64,000 nucleotides of DNA from Paludibacter sp. (lineage in GTDB: Bacteria > Bacteroidota > Bacteroidia > Bacteroidales > Paludibacteraceae). Position numbers and translations under genes: made by a program. Position 1 is the stretch's first letter; each line of letters starts with the position of its first letter. A model generated the notes under the pieces. That model was not told where the DNA came from. It did no database searches and saw only the letters and a list, made by a program, of their open reading frames with translations. Positions 57,869-64,000 of the stretch are shown piece after piece. The DNA lies in NCBI GenBank assembly GCA_034928015.1, contig JAYFPF010000036.1, forward strand, positions 15,669 through 79,668. The letters run 5' to 3'.

Positions 57869-58939
57869 TTACCCTTCCATAAACTCTTCCACCTGCCCTA
57901 AACTAAATCGCTGCATATTTGCACCCCGCTCCCTTGCCTGATACCACTCGATGGTCTTCCTGAGCGCCATTTCCGCATCCCACCGGGGCGTCCAGCCGAC
58001 AACAGGCACGTAACCCGCTGTCGTATCTCCGGCATAAGAAACTTCGCCGTTCAATTGCTTCTGTTCTGTTTTCAGGGCAGTTCCGGGGGTACCCCACAGT
58101 TCGCGAAAAGTTTGAGCTACCCATTTCTCATCTTTAAAAAACGATCCCTCCGGATAGATTCTGCTATCGCAAACAGAATCGGACATCTCACCAAGGTAAA
58201 AATTCCGGGTAGCTGTCAACACACCCGTAAGCATATCCAACACATGCAACATGAATCGAATATTATCGGGACGAACTTTAATTTGCTTCTGGTTAGACAA
58301 CATCGCCTGAACATATTCCTGTATCAGGTTATTTTTCGACCAGTCACCACCGCCAACAGGAGGAAATGTTTTAATATTAGCTACACTTTTAGGGAATGCC
58401 GGAGAATTGTTCGCATGAAAATATGCATTGCGGTATCCGGTAGTTAAAAATTCGGTCGATCTGAAGCTTCCGGTCACCAAATCCAATTCTCCCTGATTAT
58501 TCTTACCACAACTTTTCAGCATCATCGTACCCGAATAGTCCGGGACTAAATTAACGAAAACTCTTGTGTGAGCCGATTGCCGACACACTTCAAGTGCGTT
58601 TAATGAGCCCAGCAGGTTGATGGTATACAACTCTTTCGGCTCAACACTATCGATATAGCCACAAACAGAAGAAAGATGGATGACAATCTCAGGTTGCTGA
58701 AGTTGGTTAATGGTGTTGAAACGTTCGAAGTCCCGCACATCACCAATATACGAATGAATCAATTCATGTAAATCGGTTTCCTCATAAAAATTCGGATATA
58801 CGGGAGGTTTAATGGAAAATCCGCTGAGTTTCGCACCATAACTATGCAGCAAAAGCGTTAGCCATGATCCTATAAATGTGGTATGACCAATAATAAGTAT
58901 TTTCTTATCGTTGTAAAATTTTATCAAATCAGTTTGCAT
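57869..58939 (-). CDS. full-length RfbG (CDP-glucose 4,6-dehydratase) homolog with degenerate active site
   Basis: Collinear with RfbG (GSWL, GDVRD, GGGDW, HVL, GWTPRW). GHTGFKG has become GHTTFIG, TSDK has become VPDY, and YxxxK has become VTGSF. Confidence 0.78.
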   Translation of the reverse strand: MQTDLIKFYNDKKILIIGHTTFIGSWLTLLLHSYGAKLSGFSIKPPVYPNFYEETDLHELIHSYIGDVRDFERFNTINQLQQPEIVIHLSSVCGYIDSVEPKELYTINLLGSLNALEVCRQSAHTRVFVNLVPDYSGTMMLKSCGKNNQGELDLVTGSFRSTEFLTTGYRNAYFHANNSPAFPKSVANIKTFPPVGGGDWSKNNLIQEYVQAMLSNQKQIKVRPDNIRFMLHVLDMLTGVLTATRNFYLGEMSDSVCDSRIYPEGSFFKDEKWVAQTFRELWGTPGTALKTEQKQLNGEVSYAGDTTAGYVPVVGWTPRWDAEMALRKTIEWYQARERGANMQRFSLGQVEEFMEG

Positions 58940-58983
58940 GCATTCATCAAGGGGTTAAAGAATCTGGTATTTTCTGAGTTCGT

Positions 58984-61347
58984 CTATTTGCGTTTTTTCT
59001 TCCCGTAACCGTACCCATAACCATAAGCATATTTTCCTCCATACTTTTTGGACTCAATATCAACATCATTCACAATCAGATAAATTTGCTTGAGAGAATT
59101 CTCCTTGTGAATACGTTCTATAAATTCTAGATTACGTTTGTCGGAGAAATTAGCCCGGCAGACATAGAGTGTCAGATTAGACACACGATTAATCAGGAAC
59201 GTATCCGACACAGCTCCCACCGGAGCGGAGTCTATCAGAATATAGTCATACTGTTCGCGTAGCTCCGAAATAAGCTGATCAAAACGCTCACTGAGGATCA
59301 ATTCATTCGGGTTTGGGGGTATGATTCCTCCCGGCAATATATACAAATTCGGAAATTCTGATGAATGATGAATGAGTTTACGGTAATCATTCTCCATTCC
59401 CGACAAATAAGATGAAATACCTTCCTGCTCGACAATCCCGAAATGATTAGCCAGCATAGGTTTGCGCAGGTCCATCCCGATTAACAACACTTTCTTTCCG
59501 GTCAGTGAAATCGAAACTGCTAAGTTGATACTGACAAAAGTTTTTCCTTCACCCGACTCCGTCGATGTAATCAACAACAACCTGTCTTTGGGCCGGTTCA
59601 TGATAAACTGGAGTTTGCTTCGCAACAAGCGGAGCAGTTCCGCGTTGGCGCTGGCATTAGTGCCATGATCAATTACAACATCCGGACTGTTTTGGTGTGC
59701 AAGTTCAGCAATAATAGGGACACTTGTCAGACTTTCCACCTCTTTTCGATCGTTGAAGGTTGTAGTGAAAGTAAATTTGAGATACAGGAATCCAACCGGC
59801 AATAATAACCCGAGTAACAAAGAAGCAGCCAGGGTCATCGGAAGTTTGGGAGCTGTTTTATCTGCTGTATCAGCCGCATCGAGCAAACGTGCTTTCGGAA
59901 TGGTTACAGCCATACTTAAGGAAGCTTCTTCCCTTTTTTGCAACAGGAACATATACAGAGATGCCTTGATTTCCTGCTGTCTCTTTATTTCCAGGAATTC
60001 CCGTTCTTGTTGGGGAATCTTTTTTAACTGGGATGTCAGGAAAGCATTTTGGTTTTCCAACTCCCGAATGCTGATTTGCAATCCTTTTCGTGAGGTGGCA
60101 ATGCTGTTTTGAATTGACATCCGGCTCGATTGAATCTGCAATTCAAGACTTTGCAAGGTAGGATTGTTGCTTGATGAGCCACTCGCTACCCGATCACGGG
60201 ATACAAGCAATTTATTGTATTCCTGAATCACGGCAACCAATCCCACATCAGTTAAACCCAAATTAGGAATCAACGCGTATTTGTTGACAGGGTCTTTCAG
60301 AAACTCTTCGATATATTTTATCAATTGCAACTGAATCTCAGATTCGTTCATTTTCTGATCATATAAATTGCTTCTTTGCAGGTATATTTCTGCATCTGCA
60401 TCTATATTGGTAAGTTTATTGGTTTGTTTGTATTTTTGCAGATTTTGCTCTACATCCGTAAGTTCATCGGTCAACAAGTCCAAGCGACTGTCGATAAACA
60501 AGGCTGTAAAATTGGCCGATTTATTGATCTGATCGATGGCATCCTGGTTATACAAATCAATGAGCTTCTGAAGAAAGTCCTTCCCTTTTTGAATGTTTCT
60601 TTCTCTGAATGTGATGTTAACGAGATCTCCATCTTTGGGTACCTCTGTTGACAAAGCCGACTCCTGATAAGATTTAACGACAGAAAGCGGATTATGTATC
60701 TTAACATAAATTTTATCCTCGGGAACTGATTTCGGATCTTTCAACAAGACATGTATCTTACCGGCGGTTGTTTCAATAGTCGCAGGAAGTTGTGTCAATT
60801 TATACTCAAACTTATCGGTTTGAAAAGCTTTTTTATATTTTCCCGAAATTCGGTAAAGACCATCTGTGTCATATTCAACAGAAAATTCAAGTTTCCCGGC
60901 TATACGCAACAGATCTTCGTAACCCATATCAACTTCTATCGGACTGCTCGTATAAAGTTCGACGGGTTTCAGAAAAGATATTTTGGTGTAAACAGCATAC
61001 AATTTCAGGTCATTCACCACCTTTTTGATTAGTTCTTTCGAATGAACTACTTGTTTTTCATTGTAAATATTCGATGACCCGGTCGACATCCCGAAAGCAT
61101 CCAACTGCTTCAGTATGGACATCTGACTCACCTGCCCTGAAGAATTATCGGCAATGAGCAGGGTGGATTTAAACTGATACTGGTCCGGCTGAACCCGGTA
61201 ATAAACCAGTCCGGCAAGAAGCACGACTATAACAGAAAACAGTATCCATTTCCAGTACGCCAGGTATTTTTCAATCAACTCCCTCCAGTCGATAGGCTTC
61301 TCGACCATCAGTTGCTCTAATTCATCTACGTTTATATTCTTGTTCAT
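58984..61347 (-). CDS. wzc: Wzc/GumC tyrosine kinase chain-length regulator
   Basis: Two TMs, Walker A TSTESGEGKT, DLRKP, DSAPVG, C-terminal Tyr cluster KYAYGYGYGYG. Confidence 0.95.
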   Translation of the reverse strand: MNKNINVDELEQLMVEKPIDWRELIEKYLAYWKWILFSVIVVLLAGLVYYRVQPDQYQFKSTLLIADNSSGQVSQMSILKQLDAFGMSTGSSNIYNEKQVVHSKELIKKVVNDLKLYAVYTKISFLKPVELYTSSPIEVDMGYEDLLRIAGKLEFSVEYDTDGLYRISGKYKKAFQTDKFEYKLTQLPATIETTAGKIHVLLKDPKSVPEDKIYVKIHNPLSVVKSYQESALSTEVPKDGDLVNITFRERNIQKGKDFLQKLIDLYNQDAIDQINKSANFTALFIDSRLDLLTDELTDVEQNLQKYKQTNKLTNIDADAEIYLQRSNLYDQKMNESEIQLQLIKYIEEFLKDPVNKYALIPNLGLTDVGLVAVIQEYNKLLVSRDRVASGSSSNNPTLQSLELQIQSSRMSIQNSIATSRKGLQISIRELENQNAFLTSQLKKIPQQEREFLEIKRQQEIKASLYMFLLQKREEASLSMAVTIPKARLLDAADTADKTAPKLPMTLAASLLLGLLLPVGFLYLKFTFTTTFNDRKEVESLTSVPIIAELAHQNSPDVVIDHGTNASANAELLRLLRSKLQFIMNRPKDRLLLITSTESGEGKTFVSINLAVSISLTGKKVLLIGMDLRKPMLANHFGIVEQEGISSYLSGMENDYRKLIHHSSEFPNLYILPGGIIPPNPNELILSERFDQLISELREQYDYILIDSAPVGAVSDTFLINRVSNLTLYVCRANFSDKRNLEFIERIHKENSLKQIYLIVNDVDIESKKYGGKYAYGYGYGYGKKKRK

Positions 61348-61357
61348 CCGAATTAAT

Positions 61358-62167
61358 TTATCTTAATATATTAATAATCAATGTTGCAATCGAGATTAAA
61401 GTCCCTACGACCGATATAGAAAGTGATTCAGCCGTACTGATAGCCGAAGCACGTGCTCTGGAGTCGTTGGGTTCAACGTAAAGCACATCATTCTGTTGCA
61501 AATAGAAGTAGGGGGAGTTAACCAAGTTCTTATCCCGGATATCAATACGCACTGTTTCGCGATTTCCGTTATTTTCCCGTACCAACAACACACTTTCCCT
61601 GCGACCGTAAATGGTCATATCGCCTGCCATGGCCAGAGCTTCCAGAATAGATACTTTCTCATTATCAATCAGAAAAGATCCCGGTCGCATCACTTCACCC
61701 AAAACAGATACTTTAAAATTGGCATAACGAATCAGGATGATAGGCTCTTCTGTAATATACTGTGGATATATGGTTTTCTTTATTTGCTCGGCAAGGGCAG
61801 CTTTTGTCATACCAGCAACCCGCATTTTTCCGATGACCGGAAAAACTAAATTACCTTCCATATCTACCAGATAATTTTGCATACTCAATCCATATGAAAT
61901 ATAACTCCCGTTTCCGCCGCTATAACTCCTTGAAGACTCTCCGGCCGGGATTAAAGGAAGATTAAATGGCATTGCTGCTTCCGGAGTGTTTGTGTTAACC
62001 GTTATCATCAACACATCTCCAACTTTAATGACCGGATCCGGAACCGGAGTCTGAACAGAATCAGACAAGATTGCTTGTGTTCCTGCCTGTTGAAGATAAG
62101 CTACTTTCTGGTAGGCATTACAACCTGTCAACAGCGCTATAAACAACAGAAAAACTATTTTTCTCAT
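61358..62167 (-). CDS. wza: Wza-like polysaccharide export lipoprotein
   Basis: ATG 62167 gives lipobox LLTGC; IKVGDVL, VLGEVMRPG, LEALAMAGD, LQQNDVLYVEPN. Confidence 0.92.
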   Translation of the reverse strand: MRKIVFLLFIALLTGCNAYQKVAYLQQAGTQAILSDSVQTPVPDPVIKVGDVLMITVNTNTPEAAMPFNLPLIPAGESSRSYSGGNGSYISYGLSMQNYLVDMEGNLVFPVIGKMRVAGMTKAALAEQIKKTIYPQYITEEPIILIRYANFKVSVLGEVMRPGSFLIDNEKVSILEALAMAGDMTIYGRRESVLLVRENNGNRETVRIDIRDKNLVNSPYFYLQQNDVLYVEPNDSRARASAISTAESLSISVVGTLISIATLIINILR

Positions 62168-62239
62168 TACTCGAATCATATATTACAATTAAATATTTTT
62201 ATCCAAATTACCAACGAATTTTATTTGTCTTTATTGCCC

Positions 62240-62267
62240 CGTCATTGCGAGCGAAGCGAAGCAACCC
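62240..62267. repeat. CGTC-type REP
   Basis: CGTCATTGCGAGCGAAGCGAAGCAACCC. Confidence 0.8.
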
Positions 62268-62284
62268 CCTGCACCAAACAGTTA

Positions 62285-63670
62285 CTATCTCGCATTCATA
62301 AAGGCCTTTAAATCAAATATCGTTTTCCACACAATCACGATATCCCAATCCAATGACCAGTTATTAATATACTCCTTGTCCATTTCCACCCGTTTTTCCA
62401 TCTTCCACAACTGGTCCGTTTCACCACGGAAACCATTGATTTGCGCCCAACCGGTTATTCCCGGTTTCACATAATGCCGCACCAGATAATCATTAACCAG
62501 CGCCGAATATTTTTCGGTATGTGCCAGCATGTGTGGTCGCGGTCCCACTACCGACATATCTCCTTTAAATACATTAAAGAATTGCGGCAGTTCATCCAGG
62601 TTCGTGCGACGAATAAACTTACCGATTTTGGTTATACGCGGATCATCCTCGGTAGCCTGTTTGAAATCGGCCTCGGCATTCATTCGCATACTGCGGAATT
62701 TGTAGCAGTTAAAGGTAATCTTATTGATGCCTGTACGTTGCTGAGTGAACAAGACCGGCCCCTTAGAACTCAACTTGATTAGCATTGCCAGAATCGGGTA
62801 CAACCACGATAGCAAAAAGAGTATCACCATGCCCGAGAAAACCAGATCGAAAATTCTCTTCTTGATTTGATTTTCAATATGATCCATCGGTATCTTTTGC
62901 GGATTAATAACAGTAATACCATTCAGCTGGTCGGTATCATAATGCTTGGTTTCTATTTTTTCATTCACAGGTACAAAAAACAAACGCACACCCAACTGGT
63001 TACAGGTATGCAGCAAATCTTTGTTGATATCGCAATATGGTATGAGTTCCTGCTGACTCGTGATGGCAACAAATACCACATGAATCTGATGTTCTTCCAC
63101 TATTTTCCTGAGCTCATCGCGGGTTCCCAGCACGTGTTTACCCGGAGTATCGTCGAGATACCCGACAAACATATATTTCAGTATGGGGTTAACCTTAATG
63201 ATACGTTTCACTTTGTGCATGGTCTCGTTTTTACCCACGAGCAACACCCTTTTTACCCGACTGCTTTTCAAGTGATAATACTTAACAAGCCTGTAATATA
63301 AGTAATTGGCCAGCAACTTACCGAACACAAAGAAGATACTGGTAACAAGAATATACAGCCATAAGTATTCAATTATAGAAATAAAAGGCAGAAAAAAAAG
63401 GCCTTCTAACAGCAAGAAGACAATCGCTCGCCTGGTCATCCTGAAAAAACGAGTTCGGAATCCCTTTTTAACATACAACATGCGCTTCCTGACAAAGATG
63501 AAAGCCATCACCCAGGAAAAATTAGCCAGCAACAGACATAAATATATGTCCATGCTATGTTCAAAATGAAAACGATAAAGGATAAAAGCAAAAAACAAAA
63601 AGGAAAGATTCAGCAACAGCAAATCTAACACAACAGAAATAAATTGCAATTCATTTTCACGGGTTTTCAT
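62285..63670 (-). CDS. undecaprenyl-phosphate sugar-1-phosphate transferase (WcaJ-like)
   Basis: KRIFDLVFS, FNCYKFRSM, RRTNLDELPQFFNV, SVVGPRP, KPGITGWAQ. ATG 63670 preferred because TTG 63736 falls in the promoter. Confidence 0.93.
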   Translation of the reverse strand: MKTRENELQFISVVLDLLLLNLSFLFFAFILYRFHFEHSMDIYLCLLLANFSWVMAFIFVRKRMLYVKKGFRTRFFRMTRRAIVFLLLEGLFFLPFISIIEYLWLYILVTSIFFVFGKLLANYLYYRLVKYYHLKSSRVKRVLLVGKNETMHKVKRIIKVNPILKYMFVGYLDDTPGKHVLGTRDELRKIVEEHQIHVVFVAITSQQELIPYCDINKDLLHTCNQLGVRLFFVPVNEKIETKHYDTDQLNGITVINPQKIPMDHIENQIKKRIFDLVFSGMVILFLLSWLYPILAMLIKLSSKGPVLFTQQRTGINKITFNCYKFRSMRMNAEADFKQATEDDPRITKIGKFIRRTNLDELPQFFNVFKGDMSVVGPRPHMLAHTEKYSALVNDYLVRHYVKPGITGWAQINGFRGETDQLWKMEKRVEMDKEYINNWSLDWDIVIVWKTIFDLKAFMNAR

Positions 63671-63733
63671 ACAAGCAATCAGTAGGTATATGTTGTTAAA
63701 CCTGTGTAGTCTAACTTTTTTATTTAAACCGTG

Positions 63734-63741
63734 CAAAGTTA
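63734..63741 (-). promoter_or_regulatory. -7 box of the polysaccharide locus promoter
   Basis: Minus-strand TAACTTTG. Confidence 0.6.
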
Positions 63742-63858
63742 AGATTTTTTTGGAATGTTTACAATGTTATTGATAATTTAATGGTTAAAATTGAAAGTTT
63801 TTGTTATTTTTGTCACGTCGCTACGCTACAGTCTAACTTCATTGGTCGTTTCGCTCCC

Positions 63859-63930
63859 GTCTAAAGCCTAAAGACTGCAGACACTGGACTAAAGCCGTTG
63901 ACCACTAGTTTTTTACATTTGACATTTGAC
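63859..63930. repeat. 7-nt periodic arrays upstream of a gene starting at the window edge
   Basis: gtctaaa-gcctaaa-gactgca-gacactg-gactaaa ... atttgac-atttgac; an open frame MKTTAIYHNLSFAEAKT starts at 63950. Confidence 0.55.
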
Positions 63931-64000
63931 ATAAAAAAGAGATGAAAATATGAAAACAACTGCAATTTATCACAACCTCAGCTTCGCAGAAGCTAAAACT

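Noticed and set aside
1015-63569. The many 60-220 aa overlapping or antisense ORFs in the ORF track (e.g. 23090-23755, 23799-24275, 37858-38334)
   Set aside because: They overlap well-supported genes in other frames and show no recognisable motifs; treated as shadows.
63737-64000. Invertible (phase-variable) promoter for the capsule locus
   Set aside because: No inverted repeats flanking the -7 box and no recombinase in the window; flanks beyond the edge cannot be seen.

Overview
Bacteroidales chromosomal window. The organism has a T9SS (porW/porX and six T9SS-sorted cargo genes), so it is probably not Bacteroides sensu stricto. Three blocks are visible. (1) 1-22.7 kb: a polysaccharide utilization locus with susC (partial) and susD, followed by an unusual run of six T9SS cargo genes, four of them with DNRLRE/CBM96-like modules. 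It also encodes two GH50-like clan GH-A hydrolases, four esterases, a GH88-GH154(DUF2264) fusion and a GH2-malectin, and is interrupted by an IS982 element. (2) 22.9-46.5 kb: housekeeping genes (acd-etfAB, glutaminyl cyclase, proBA, RRM protein, porW-porX, argF'-apt-argB-argE, ruvB, cysS, rbfA, ABC permease). The intergenic spacers hold several small repeat families, including a nested IS4-ended MITE, and a candidate ~90-nt sRNA. (3) 46.5-63.7 kb: a Wzx/Wzy capsule/EPS locus on the minus strand. Its distal end is cut by an IS4 element inside the O-acyltransferase, and it contains a full-length but catalytically degenerate RfbG homolog next to upxY. No rRNA, tRNA or CRISPR array was recognised. 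All family calls come from motif recognition by eye, not database searches.
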